A program made the translations under genes and the position numbers. Of a DNA stretch of 64,000 nt, positions 24,952 through 38,008 are shown in pieces. Source of the DNA: Centroscyllium fabricii (taxonomy: Eukaryota). Within the stretch, counting starts at the first letter, position 1, and each line of letters begins with the position of its first letter. The stretch is from NCBI GenBank assembly GCA_051313645.2, contig JBNRSN020000003.1, positions 222,766,001 through 222,830,000 of the forward strand. The letters are read 5' to 3'. The notes beneath the pieces were generated by a model, which did no database searches, was not told the DNA's origin, and saw only the letters and a program-made list of their open reading frames with translations.

Positions 24952-26085
24952 CTTTCTCTCTCCACAGACGCTGCCCTAGCCTGCTGAGTTTTTCCAGCAT
25001 TTTCTGTTGTTATTTCAGAAATATGTTGTCATTCTTTCATCGTCGCTGGGTCAAAATCCTGGAACTCCCTCCCTAACAGCACTGGGAGTACCTTCACCAC
25101 ACAGACTGCACCACCACCTTCTCAAGGGCGATTAGGGATGGGCAATAAATGCTGGCCTTGCCAGCGATGCCCACATCCCATGAACGAATAAAAATAACAG
25201 TGGAAAACCTTCAGCCACTTCGATTCCAATCTTTGTAATTCCCTCTCTTAACCCTTCTGCTTCCCAACTTCTCCCTCTTCAATTAAAACACAACTCAAAT
25301 GCCAACTCTTCAATGAAGTATTTGATCCCCCGAATGCTCTCTTCTTGGCTCAGCATCCATTTTCTAATATGCTCATCGGTGATGTGCCTTCGAATATTCT
25401 TTAAGCCATTCTATAACATGTAAATAGTTGTCATCCCCAGATGTCAAAGTCACTCCATTAAACAACAGTTATTCATTAACATTACAAAAAGTAGAATATT
25501 TTTACACTTACGATGACAATTTCATTCACAAATATTTCACCAGATAGTGTGGAAGCTATCAATTTGGATACTGGAATCCTTAGGATTGAAATCCTGATTT
25601 GTGTTATATTAGTAGCAAATGTACATATGAAATTCATTTTTGTGATATTTTAAATAAAATAGCTTAACACCTTCATTGAAACAATTAACAAAGGAATGCC
25701 ATTCATCACCATAATTGCACAGCATGGTTTCAGTTCATGTGTGTCAGGTTTTTCTGGCTTTCACCCACACAGTAGTGCTTCAGTAGAAATAGAATGAATG
25801 AAACAATTAACATTTGTTTGGTTTCCATGACAGGTGCCTGAACATCCTCTAATTGAAAAGTGTCTATGCTGTGATGCCTGTGGTTGGTAGTCTAATGTTC
25901 AATGGGCACTTCTGGTGATAACATGCTCCAGAATAACTGTGGCCGAGGAAGGCATAAATCACGTAAAGTCACTAATGTAATGACACACTGGTTAATAGCT
26001 TACATTTAATATATATTTGTCTTTCAAGCAAAGAACATATTTCATATTTGAAATTGATAGTTAACAATTAATTTGAATATAGGAA

Positions 26086-26927
26086 TACATAGATACATAG
26101 ATACATAGATATAGGAGCAGGAGTAGGCCATTCGGCCCTTCGAGCCTGCTCCGCCATTCAATGAGATCATGGCTGATCCTTCAGTTCAGTATCCCGTCCC
26201 TGCCTTCTCTCCGTAACCTTTAACCCCTTTTGCCTGCAGAAATATATCTAATTCCCTCTTAAATATGTTTAATGAGCTGGCGTCCACTGCCCTCTGTGGC
26301 AGTGAGTTCCACAGGTTCACCACTCTCTGGGTGAAGAAATTCCTCCTCATCTCTGTCCTAAATGGTTTAGCCCTTATCCTTAAACTGTGTCCCCTAGTTC
26401 TATACTCTCCTGCCATCGGAAACATTCCTTCTGCATCTAGTCTGTCCAGGCCTGTCAGAATTTTATATGTTTCTATGAGATCCCCTCTCAATCTTCTAAA
26501 CTCCAGTGTGTACATCCCCAAACTACATAGTCTCTCCTCATAGGTCATTCCTGCCATTCCTGGTATCAGCCTGGTGAATCGCCGCTGCACTCCTTCCATG
26601 GCAAGAACATCCTTCCTCAGATGAGGCGACCAAAACTGCACACAGTACTCGAGGTGTGGTCTCACCAGTGCCCTGTACAGCTGTAGTAAGGTGTCCTTGT
26701 TCCTGTATTCTAACCCTTTTGATATGAAGGCCAGCATACCATTTGCCTTCCTGACCGCCTGTTGCACCTGCATGCTCGCCTTCAATGACTGGTGCACAAG
26801 AACACCCAGGTCTCGCTGTACTTCCCCATCTCCCAATCTATTGCCATTTAAATAATAATTTGCCCTCCCGTTTTTGCCCCCAAGGTGGATAACTTCACAC
26901 TTATCCACATTATAGTGCATTTGCCAT
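26086..26927 (-). mobile_element. CR1/HER1-like LINE 3' fragment
   Basis: ORF 26186-26959 (RPHLEYCVQFWSP); (TATGTATC)n tail. Confidence 0.92.
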
Positions 26928-27099
26928 CTACACTCAAATGTTCGAACTAGAATCTTCAAATATCTTTTGATGTTTTATTGTACAAATATTGAAATGCATG
27001 CTAAAACCATTTTAAAATCTTCTCTTTGAAGAGCAGGTTTTAAAATATTAAACTGAAAATATTTTAAGAAGCAATATTCCAAGTATAAATAAAATACAG

Positions 27100-28698
27100 T
27101 TTCCAGTTTTCTGACCCCAACTGCCTCCTTTTCACTATGGATGTCCAATCCATCTACAACTCCATCCCCCAGCAGGAGGGCCTGAAGGCGCTCCGCTTTG
27201 TCCTTGAACAGATGCCCAATCAGTATCCATCCACCACCACCCTCCTCCGCCTAGCTGAACTTGTTCTCACATTGAACAACTTCTCCTTTGACTCCACTCA
27301 CTTCCTCCAAATCAAAGGTGTTGCTATGGGAACCTGCATGGGTCTTAGCTATGCCTGCCTTTTTGTGGGATATGTGTAATATTCTTTGTTCTGCTCTCAC
27401 CCCTTCCCTCCCTCCCAGATCCACGATAGAGTTCCCCTTGTCCTCACCTTTCACCAGCCTCCACATTCAATGGATCATCCTCCACCAATTCTGCCACCTC
27501 CAGCATGATCCCACCACCAAACGCATCTTCTCCTCACCCCCCTTCAGTGTTCTGAAATGACCGCTCCCTCTGCAACACCCTGGTCCACTTCTCCATCCCC
27601 CCCAATGCCCCTTCCCCTTCCCATGGCTCCTTCCCATGCAAACGCAGGAGATGCAACACCTGCCCTTTTACCTCCTCCCTTCCTACTGCCCAGGGCCCCA
27701 AACATTCCTTCCAGGTGAAACAGCAATTTACTTGTACGCTTGCAATCTAGTATACTGTATTCGTTGCTCATGATGCGGTCTCCTCTACATTGGGGAGACC
27801 AAACGCAGATTAGGTGACCGCTTTGCGGAACACCTCCATTCAGTCTGTAAGCGTGACACCTGTCACTTTAATTCTCCTCTCCACTCCCACCCTGGCCTCT
27901 GTCCTCGGCCTCTTACACGGTTCCAATGAAGCTCAACGTAAGCTCGAGGAACAGCACCTCATCTTTCGATTAGGCACTTTATAGCCTTCTGGACTCAACA
28001 TCGAGTTCAACAGTTTCAGACTATAACCTCACCCCCCCCATGTTTCCTTTTCTCTCTCACATAGCAGTTGTTGATGATTCTGCCATTGCCATTCACACTT
28101 CATCTAGAGCCAGTTTTTGTTTCTTAACTTGTCCCATTACCATCTCCTTTTACCTTGCGCCTGTGATAAACCACTGTTTCCCACTGTTTCCTATTGTATA
28201 TACTCACCCCGTTTTGTATCTATGTAATCGTACCTAATGCCATGTTGTACATAACCTGTTATGCGATTACCTGGACATGCCCATGCTGGCTCCGCCCGTG
28301 ACTCCTCCCTCCCAGGAGGAGGTATATAAGTGGCCGTCTCCCATCCCCCAGCCATACCTGGGGACGGTTGACTAGCTGGTGTATGTCCCACCATTTAGTT
28401 AATAAAAGCCGTATTGTTTCACCCTTCTAACTACTCGTCCACGAGGTCGTTATTTCGGTCACAGCGCCATCATCCCTTTTGTCTTTTAATCTCTCCTGCC
28501 TTCCATCCTATCACGGACCTTTCCTTTGTTCTTTCCTCCCCTCATCACTTTCTCTGCCCCACACTTGCTTAAAAATCTGTTAATTCTCCAACTTTTTTCA
28601 GTTCTGATGCAGGGTCACTGACCTGAAATGTTAACTTTGCTACTCTCTCCACAATGCTGCCTGACCTGCTGAGTTTTTTGAAGCATTTTCTGTTGTTA
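27100..28698 (+). mobile_element. Penelope-like element fragment
   Basis: RT MDVQSIYNSIP...QIKGVAMGT; GIY-YIG-like YIGETKR segment; hammerhead-like terminus 28600-28636. Confidence 0.85.
28162..28463 (+). mobile_element. Solo LTR (302 bp), related to the host A family
   Basis: TGTGAT...GTCACA; 5-bp TSD GCGCC; TATATAA box; TTAGTTAATAAAAGCC and TAACTACTCGTC shared with the host A LTR. Confidence 0.88.
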
Positions 28699-29094
28699 TA
28701 AATATAATGTTTTTAGTGTTTTCCTGTAACCACTTTATACCTTTGGGTGAAATCATTTGATATTCTTCAGGACAGAGGAAAGCTCAATGAATAGATGTGG
28801 TTCATCCATCATTAGTGTTTCCAGCAAATTAATGCACTCAAACCAAATTGCAGTTCTGAGGCACTGTCACTTCACCTCCAGGCCATGGATGATTCCCATT
28901 ACAGTAGATTACAACCATTACAAGTGTCATTATTTCCAGTTGTCTCAAGCCTTTTCCAGTTCAGTCCACTCCACAATTTGGTACTGTACTTATCTTAGTT
29001 ACGATTCACCATGATGTGAATGCAGTGACTATATTTAAGCCTCAAGTTCTGCCAACTGTTCAGTCAACATACAACAACAACTTGCATTTATGTA

Positions 29095-29725
29095 GCTCCT
29101 CGAGCCTGCTCCATCATTCAATAAGATATTGGCTGATCTTCTACCTGAACTCCACTTCCCTGCCCTATCCCCATATCCTTTGATTCCCTTAATGTCCAAA
29201 AATCTAACAAACTCAGTCTTGAATATACTTGACGACTGAGCATCCACAGCCCTCTGGGGTAGAGAATTCCAAAGATTCACAACCCTCTGAGTGAAGAAAT
29301 TTCTCCTCAACTCAGTCCAAAATGGCCAACCCCTTATCCTGAGACTATGACCCCTGGTTCTAGAGTCTCCAGCCAGGGGGAACTACCTCCCTGCATCTAC
29401 CCTGTCAAGCACTCTTACAATTTTATACATTTCATTCTTCTAAACTTCAGAGAATAATGCCCATTCTACTCAATCTATCCTCATAGGACAACTGTCTCAT
29501 CCGAGGAATCAACCGAGTGAACCTCAGTTGCACCCCTTCTGAGGCAAGTATACCCTTCCTGAGGTAAGGAGACTAAAACTGTGCACAGCACTCCAGGTGT
29601 GGTCTCATCAAAACCCTATATAATTGCAGCAAGACTTCATTACTCTTATACTCCAACCTCCTTGCAATAAAGGCTAACACACCATTTGCTTTCCTAACTG
29701 CTTGCTGTACCTGCATGTTAACTTT
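29095..29725 (-). mobile_element. CR1 LINE 3' fragment
   Basis: RRNFFTQRVVNLWNSLPQ peptide and CR1 3' UTR. Confidence 0.85.
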
Positions 29726-30171
29726 GCCATATTTTATCAGCACTTTAATTAAAAATTGGTCTGCTATGATTGCAATACAGATTGTGTGGGTATTGCACCT
29801 TTTTGTGATTTAATTAAAAACTACAAGAAGGTGAAAAAAACTATCATTCAGATGAGAGTTTCATGGAAACCAGCTACCATAGCATTGCTGTAAGAAGCCC
29901 CATCTCCATGTCCTCAAGTCTAATATGAGATTGCCCAGCTCCCTGTCCATTCAATACATTGAAAAAAATAAAGTCAGCATATTATTTAAAATGATAAAAC
30001 AAGAAAGGATAATTAGTAGGTGGGTTCTCAACTCTAATTCTTTGCTCTAGATCTGAGAGTGTTCTCTCAGTACCAGGAGTTCTTATTTGGACAACAGCCC
30101 AGAGCAACAACGTCTAGAGCCAATAATGCATATTTTCAAGGGCAAATCCATTTGTGGATGATGCGGACAGG

Positions 30172-33100
30172 TTAGATAGAAGATAGGAGCAGGAGTAGGA
30201 CATTCAGCCCCTCGAGCCTGCTCCGCCATTCAGTAAGATCATGGCTGATCATCCGAATTTAGTACCCTGTCCCTGCCTTCCCCATATCCCTTGATCCCTT
30301 TAGCATAAGTAATATATCCAACTCATTCTTGAATATCTTTAATGAACTAGCCTCCACCGCTCTCTGTGGCAGAGAATTCCACAGGTTCACAACTCTCTGG
30401 GTGAAGAAATTCCCCCTCATCTCTGTCCTAAATGGCTTACCCCTTATCCTTAGACAATGACCCCTGGTTCTGGACTCCCCAGCCATCGGGAACATCCTTC
30501 CTGCATCTAGTCTGTCCAGGCCTGACAGAAATTTATAGGTTTCGATGAGATCCCCTCTCAATCTTCTAAACTCCAGTGAGTATAAGCCCATCGACACAAT
30601 CTCTCCTCATACACCATTCCTGCCATCCCAGGTATCAGTCTGGTGAATCTTCGCTGTACTCCTTCCATGGCAAGAACATCCTTCCTCAGATGAGGCGACC
30701 AAAATTGCACACTATACTCGAGGTGCGGTCTCACCAAGGCCCTGTACAGCTGCAGCAAGACATCCTTGTTCCTGTACTCGTACCCTCTTGCTACGAAGGC
30801 CAAATAACATTTGCCTTCTTAACGACCTGCTGCACCTGCATGCTTACCTTCAATGACTGGTGCACAAGAACACCAAGGTCTCTTTGGACTTTCCATTCTC
30901 CCAATCCATTGCCATTCAAATAATAATCTGCCCTCCTGTTTTTGCCACCAAAGTGGATAACCTCACATTAATCCACATTATAGTGCATTTGCCATGTTTC
31001 TGCCTAATCGCCCAACCTGTCCAAATCGTACTGGAGTTTCACGACATCCTCCTCACAGCATACCCTCCCACCCAGCCTTGTGTCGTCTGCAAATTTGGAG
31101 ATACTACATTCAATTCCCTTGTTTAGATCATTAATATATATATTGTGAACAGCTGCGGTCCTAGGACCGATCCTTGTGGTACCCCACTAGTGCCTGCCAC
31201 TCGGAAAATGACCCATTTATTCCAACTCTTTGCTTTCTATCTGCCAACCAGTTCTCTATCTAAGTCAATACCTTACCCCCAATCCCATGTGCCTTAATTT
31301 TGCACACTAATCTCTTATTCGGGACCTTATCGAAAGCCTTCTGAAAGTCCAAATACACCACATCCACGGGTTCACCCTTATCTATTTTACCAGTTACATC
31401 CTCAAAAAATTCCAGTAGATTAGTCAAGCACGATTTACCTTTTGCAAATCCATGTTGACTTTGTCCGATCCTGTCACTGCTTTCCAAGTGCTCTGCTGTT
31501 ACATCTTTAATAATGGCCACTAGCATTTTCCCCACTACCGATGTCAGGCTTAATTCACCACTTTTTCTCTACCACCTTTTTTCAATAGTGGGGTAACATT
31601 AGCTACCCTCCAATCCATGGGTACTGTTCCAGAGTCTATCGAGTTCTGGAAGATGACCAGCAATTCCTCTACCATCTCCTGGGCCACTTCCTTAAGTACC
31701 CTAGGATGTAGATTATCAGGATCTGGGGATTTATCGGCCTTTAATCCCATCAACTTCCCTAAAACCATTTCCCTAGAAATACTGATATCTTTAAGTTCCT
31801 CCCTCTCATTAGTCCCTATGTTCCCCGACATCTCCGGGGGGTTGTTTGTGTCCTCCTTTGTGAAGACAGAACCAAAGTATGTATTTAATTGGTCTGTCAT
31901 TTCTTTGTTACCCATTATAAATTCCCGATTCTGACTGCAAGGGACCTATGCTTGACTTCACCAATCTTTTTCTCTTCACATATTTATAAAAGCTTTTACA
32001 GTCAGTTTTTATGTTCCCTGCAAGCTAACTCTCATTCTCTATTTTCCCCCTCTTAATTAATCACTTTGTCCTCCTTTGTTGAATCCTAAACTGTTCCCAA
32101 TCCTCAGGTTTGCTGCTTTTCTTTGCCAATTTATATGTCCTCTCTTTGGATCTTATGTTATCCCTAATTTCCCTTGTTAGCCATGTTTGAGTCGCCTTTT
32201 TTGATTTATTTTTATGCCAAACTAGAGTAAACAAATTCTGTAGTTCATCCATGCGATCTTTGAATGTTTGCCATTGCCTATCCACCGTCAACCCTTTGAG
32301 TGACATTAACCAATCAATCCTATCCAACTCGCATCTCATACCATCATAGGGCGCTTTGTTAAATTCAGGACCTTAGTTTCTGAGTCAACTCTGAGTCACA
32401 TGAATGCTCCAGAATGTATCCATTCGCAGCTCCAGTGCCCCAATGCGGTCTGTTAGTAGCTGCAGCTGGACACACTTTCTGCATATATAATCGTCAGGGA
32501 CACCGGATGGGGCCCTGATTTCCCACATATCGCAGAGGAGCATGCTATGGCGCAAGGCTGTCCTGCCATGACTTACCCTTAAATTACTTAAAATTAAATT
32601 AAATCTAATCAATCCTGCTAATTACCTTACAGTTAAATTATATATTTAAGTGCCCTGGTTGTCACAGTTCCATCTGACCACCAGAGGGCGGCAGAGAGCA
32701 CCCACAACCTCATCAGAGGCTGGATGACTCTCAGGTGAGAGTGCTCAAGGCCTCAACAGAGGCTAGATGACTCTCAGGTGTCTTCTATCAGGCTTGTTAA
32801 GACACTCTCTTAAGGGAGGTGTTTGCCATGCCTCTTTGCAGAATCTTGAGTTGTTTGCCATGAGCTCAATTGTCCTGTGTTGCTCTCTAGCTTTGAGTCT
32901 GTTATGTTCTCTAGTTTAGTTCTGTTGTTTTGTACTGCCGAGAACTCTCCAGTAAAGATCCCTGATTTGCTCTACACCAGCGTCTGTTAATCATTGTTTC
33001 ATCTCTGCTCCTGGGTCCTACCTCATAATGTCACACTGGTTTACAGACAAACTATAAACCACCGAGTTTAAGTTTAAAAAGAGAGAAATACTCACCACCC

Positions 33101-33193
33101 AATCAGTTACCTGCTTTCTGGTGATGTCACACTTCGATCACTTTTTACTTCTCTCTCCCGCTCCAGAGATTAGTAATTAGTGTAAGCCTTACC
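30172..33193 (-). mobile_element. Long degenerate CR1 LINE with ORF2, ORF1 N-terminus and 5' region
   Basis: ORF2 pieces 30259-32339; ORF1-like CDMWEI...YICRKC at 32385-32612; interrupted by solo LTR 32660-33035. Confidence 0.85.
32660..33035 (+). mobile_element. Solo LTR (376 bp), sushi/V-clade Gypsy
   Basis: Begins and ends with TGTCACA; 5-bp TSD CTGGT; AGTAAA poly(A)-like signal. Confidence 0.88.
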
Positions 33194-35092
33194 TGTCACA
33201 GCAAGATTCTGCCTCCATGGATCCAGCAGAGATCGACCACATAAAGAATGTGGTAACCCACCAAGGAGCCTTGCTGGGACGACAACAAGATCAGCTCTCC
33301 CAAATATTTGAGACACTCCGGGCTCTTACCAACGCAGTCCAACGACTGCATACCGCCGACCCAGAAGTGGGCCCTGCCCAAGCTACTGCGTCCAGTGCTT
33401 CAGTCATCGGTGTAAATCCCCCTGTGAGTCCGCACCATGAACCTAAGATCCCAGCCCCTGAGCGGTATGATGGGCATGCAGGAAAGTGCAAGGGGTTCCT
33501 CACCCAATGCTCTCTGGTGTTTGAGCTACAGCCCTCCTTGTTCCACACCGACTGAGCTAAGATTGCCTACATCATCTCTCTGCTCTCGGGCAAGGCCTTG
33601 GCATGGGCAATGGTGGTGTGGGAACAACAGCCACCTTCCTGTTACTCCATATCTGCTTTCACTTCTGAGCTACAATGAGTCTTCGACCACTCAATCGGCG
33701 GGCGAGAAGCAGCGAGTCGGTTATTCAAGCTATGCCAAGGGACCAGGTCAGTGGCCAATTTCGCCATTGACTTACGAACTCTCGCTGCAGAGAGTGGGTG
33801 GAATCGAGAAGCATTGATCATCACCTTCCACCATGGCTTGTCTAACTCGATCAAGGATGAACTGGCCTCTCGAGATCTGGGAGTTCCTGATAACCCTGGC
33901 AATCAAAATCGACAACCACATCCGAGAACGAGTAAGACAGCGTCCCCCAGATACCACCCAGTCCCAGAGGGGGAAAGGACAGTGTCTGTCACAACTGCAC
34001 CACCGAGTCCCTGAGCGGGAAGGACAGAGGCTGACCCACCGCACCATCCAGTCCCAGAGTAGGAAAGGACAGTGTCTGACCCACTTCACCGCGCAGTCCC
34101 AGAGGGGGAAAGGACAGTGCCTGACCCACTGCACCACTCAGTCCCCTGGCTTCCCGAGCACACTAAGCCCCCTTAGCTCCACCCTGAGGAGCCCATGCAG
34201 CTTGGTCGCATGCGCTTGAGCCCACAGGAACGAGACAGGCGCATGCGCGAGGGCTGCTGTTTCTACTGCGGAGGCCTCGGCCATTTCCGTTCAACATGCC
34301 CTGAGCTAACGGAAAATGCCAAGGCTCATCAGGGCAAAGGGCAACCCTGATGATCTGTGCACTGACCCCCAGTCCACCTAGCCATGGCCTGTTACTGCCA
34401 GCCACTCTTCATTGGAACAACCGCCAGCACCACGTTCAAGCTTTCGTCGACTCCGGGGCTGCCGACAACTTCATCGATCAAACCCTAGCCGGAGAATTAC
34501 AAATTTCCTGCATGGAATGCCCCACCCCCCTGCAGGTACAAGCCCTCGATGGATGTCCCATCGGTTCTGGCCATGTAAGATTCCAGACCAAACCCCTTCA
34601 ACTGTAGGTTTGGGAGAACTACTCAGAGACCCTTAGCCTCCTGTTGATCACCTGCCCCGAGAATCGCCTAGATCTAGGTTACCCCTGGTTAGTGCAGCAT
34701 GATCCCCAATTTTCCTGGGCCACTGGGCACCTAAAGGACTGGGGCAAAACCTGCCAGACTGATTGCCTGAAACCCCCACCAAGAGCCTCTCCGTGTCCTC
34801 CACCTGCATCCATTGATGCTCAAAATCTCCTACCGGGCTCCACTCCTCCCCAGAGCCGTCTTTACTCCCTCTCTGCCCCTGAAGCAGCTACCATGGACAA
34901 CTACGTACGTGAGTCTCTGGAGGCAGGCTTCATTCGTTCCTCAACTCCTCTAGCTGGCGCAGGCTTCTTCTTCATGGGAAAGTAGGATGGTGGTCTGCGT
35001 CCCTGCATTGATTACCGAGGGCTGAATAAAATCATTGATGTCCTTTGCTTTGGAGCTGGCCCGAGAGGCCCAAGTCTTCATCAAACTGGATA
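33194..35092 (+). mobile_element. Degenerate sushi/Tf1-group Gypsy internal region (gag, PR, start of RT)
   Basis: MDPAE...PERYDG...CKGFLTQC Gag, a decayed CCHC (CFYC..GHF..TCP), FVDSGA protease, AGAGFFF and LRPCIDYRGLN RT start; about 45-bp tandem repeat at 33955-34145. Confidence 0.88.
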
Positions 35093-35573
35093 TGAGATCA
35101 TTCAGTTCAACTGATCAAAAAGCCAAACATTTTCATTTCAAAAGTAAGAGAGAAACTGGATATGGGAGGATTAAATGTAACAATTTGCATTGACCAGCCA
35201 AGCCTAATTTATCTTGATTGGGATACTATTAGGATTTTTAAAATTAGGATGGTCAAATTTTGTTATGTTATTCTAGTGTAACTTTTTACCAAGAACATAG
35301 AAAGAAAATCAACACCTGTGTTTCAAGTGTATTTGCCTACATAAGTCATGCATTTCAAAAATAATTAACTGTGTGAAAGATGTTTTGATGCACTGCATTA
35401 TGAAGTTTTCTGGATCAGTTACAGAGAAGTTAATACAAGCAAATAGGTCTGCTTTAACTATGTCCTGCACTTGCTTCCTATGTACTAGTCTTCAGAAATT
35501 AGATTGTAGAGGATTGAATTTGTGTGTACACTGCTGTTGTATTACTTCAACAGGCTGCGTGGTGGTCATCGGG

Positions 35574-36260
35574 TGATGAAGGAGCAGCGCTCCGAAAGCT
35601 TGTGATTTCAAATAAAACTGTTGGACTATAACCTGGTGTTGTGTGACTTCTTAAATTTGTCCACCCCAGTCCAACACTGGCACTTGATCGGCCTGTTGAG
35701 TTGGTGGGTGTGTTCTTTGGTCAGATCTGTGGGTAACTGTCTGTAGTGTTCTTGGTTGTCCAGTTGTTGTTATGTTTCTTTGCAATAGTCCATTCTGTTC
35801 TGTATGATGATGGCTCCTCCCTTGTCTGCTGGTTTGATGACGATGTTGCGGTTGGTCTTGAGAGCGTGGATAGCGTTGCGTTGTGCTCGCGTGACATTCT
35901 GGACTGTCTTGTGAGTGCGGCTGATGAATCTGGTATTGATACCTCTTGTGACCCCACCTCATTGTTCTTTGATGGAATGTTTTGCTGACTGTCCTGTTTG
36001 GACACCATTTACACCTTTGATTGCGGTGATTATCTCTCTGCCGAGGTGTGATAAAGGGCAGTTAGAAAAATTACCTGTAATCATCTCGCATTGTTTTCTG
36101 ACTATATATGCTGTGCCTATGTGCATCTCTTCACTTCACCTGACGAAGGAGCAGCGCTTCGAAAGCTTGTGATTTCAAATAAAACTTTTGGACTGTAACC
36201 TGGTGTTGTGTGACTTCTTATACTTGTCCACCCCAGTCCAACGCCGGCAGCTCCACATCA
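35574..36260. mobile_element. Penelope-like remnant: two direct terminal repeats around an inverted RT fragment
   Basis: About 110-bp repeats at 35574-35683 and 36141-36250; minus-strand NIVIKPADKGGAI RT motif near 35810-35860. Confidence 0.75.
36136..36172 (+). ncRNA. Minimal type I hammerhead ribozyme with intact core
   Basis: TCAC-CTGACGA-AGGAGCAGCGCTTC-GAAA-GC-TT-GTGA; stem I TCAC/GTGA; palindromic AAGCTT in place of stem III. Confidence 0.75.
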
Positions 36261-36594
36261 TCATACACATAATCAGCCATTATCCAGGAAACAGCCATTA
36301 TACCTTCATTATTCAACAATGCCCATATTACTTGGATGGATGACTTGCGGGAAATGGGGCTATACTCTGCATCCATAGCTGCTGACCGCACTGAGAAAAC
36401 CAAAGGAGCACCATATGCCTCAGCATATTTACTATTTCTTGACTGCCACACCCACATTCAAGAAAAGTGTGGCATGCAGCTAATGCATTTTGAAATAATG
36501 TCTGCTGAATATCCCTTTGAAATTCCTCAGTAAATGAAGCAGTCCTTGCCCACATGCAGCGAGACCTGGACAACATCTAGGCTTAGGTTACTAA

Positions 36595-37112
36595 ATGTGA
36601 CTTGTCCATTGGAGCTGATCGAGCGTGGTCAAAGCTTTGCTGCTGGGAATTTTGGCCTGAGCAAAAACACTGATGTTGGTGCACCTATCCTGCCAATGGA
36701 TTTGCAGGATCTTGCAGAGGCAGCGTTGGTGGTACCTCTCCAGTGCTTTGAGGTGCCTGCTGTACATGGTCCATTTTTCTGAGGCATACAGCAGGGTGGG
36801 TATCACTGCTGCTCTGTAGAGCATGAGCTTGGTACTGGGTTTGAGGTCCTGGTCTTCAAACACTCTCTTCCTCAGGCGACCGAAGGCTGCACTGGCACAC
36901 TGAAGGCAGTGTTGGACTCGTCGTCAATGTCTGCCCTTGTTGAAAGTAGGCTCCCAAAATATGGAAAGTGGTTCACATTGTCCAAGGCCTTGTCATGTAT
37001 TTTGATAATCGGGTGGCAGTACTGTGTGGCAGGGGCAGGTTGGTAGAGGACCTTTGTCTTAGGGATGTTTAGTGTAAGGCCCATGCTCTCGTACGCTTCG
37101 GTGAAGGTGCTG
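36595..37112 (-). mobile_element. RTE-clade LINE fragment
   Basis: GLTLNIPKTKV, FPYFGS, TKLMLYRAAVIPTLLYASE.W peptides. Confidence 0.85.
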
Positions 37113-37411
37113 ACTTTGTCGTAGTGGTTTGGTACAACTGAGTGGCTTGCTAGGCCATTTCAGAGGGCAGTTAAGAATCAACCACATTGCTGTGGGTCTG
37201 GAGTCACATTTTGGCCAGCCTGGGTAATGTCCTTCCCTAATAGGACATTAGTGAACCAGATGTTTTTTTTTACAACAATCCAATAGTTTCATCATCACCA
37301 TTACTGATAAATGTACCATGTGCAACACTTTGTAGCCAAGAGAACTCTACCATCTGGTAAAAGCTGTCTAGCTAATAAATCAGTTTCATGGTCACCATTA
37401 CTGATTGACGT

Positions 37412-38008
37412 TGTGGGGGTCTCGACCCGTCGTGGGGCCGCCCAGGAGTCGAAGGTGGCATGTGGGTTTTGGCTGCTGTACGCCTCTAGTCTGCGGCGTG
37501 CACCATCCACAGCGTTGGAGAGGGAGATCGCCTCTTCCAGGGATAGTGTCTCTTTCTCCAGCAGCCGCTGGCGGGCCTGGGCGGACCTGATCCCCGTTAC
37601 GTAGGTGTCCCGGACGAGGAGATTCGCCTCCTCCTGTGCCGTCCGTGCCTGGCAGTCACAGGCCCGGACAAGGGCTTGGAGCGCCAACAGGTACTGTTCG
37701 TTGGACTCACCAACTAGTTGTTGTCTGGTCGCCAGCACGTGTCTGGCGTAGACAGAGTGGACTGGGCGCATGTAGCATGCCTTCAGTTTCTCCATGGCTT
37801 CTGTGTACGTCTTAGCGTCGCGGATGAAGGAGTATACCCGGCTGGAGATCCTCGATGTGAGAACGTGAAGTTTGTTCCCATCAGTTGTCGCCTTGGCGGC
37901 CTCCATGTAGGCCTCGACGAGACTGAACCAGTGTTCAAATGTATTGGCGGCGGCTGGGTCCTGTGGACTGACGTCCAGCTTTTCGGGTTTCACAGCGCCG
38001 CTCTCCAT
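37412..38008 (-). pseudogene. gag: Truncated gag of host B
   Basis: MESGAVKPEKLDVSPQ...FEHWFSLVEAYM, homologous to host A gag; the ORF runs on into SINE sequence. Confidence 0.85.

Larger units (their letters stand above)
20385..25017. mobile_element. Penelope-like element with inverted terminal segments, interrupted by an LTR remnant and a CR1
   Basis: Minus-strand GIY-YIG-like 3' region 20385-21495; plus-strand RT 21512-21984 (KIHK, GRPIVS, SLYTSIP); plus-strand 3' region 24329-25017 inversely matching 20385-20940. Confidence 0.8.

Noticed and set aside
33217-34220. Domesticated PEG10/RTL-like gag gene
   Set aside because: Multiple stops and frameshifts; an ordinary decayed sushi-like element
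36332-36390. Possible minus-strand host exon (AMDAEYSPISRKSSIQ) after TTTTCTCAG
   Set aside because: Weak donor, no recognisable protein and no partner exons; needs RNA-seq
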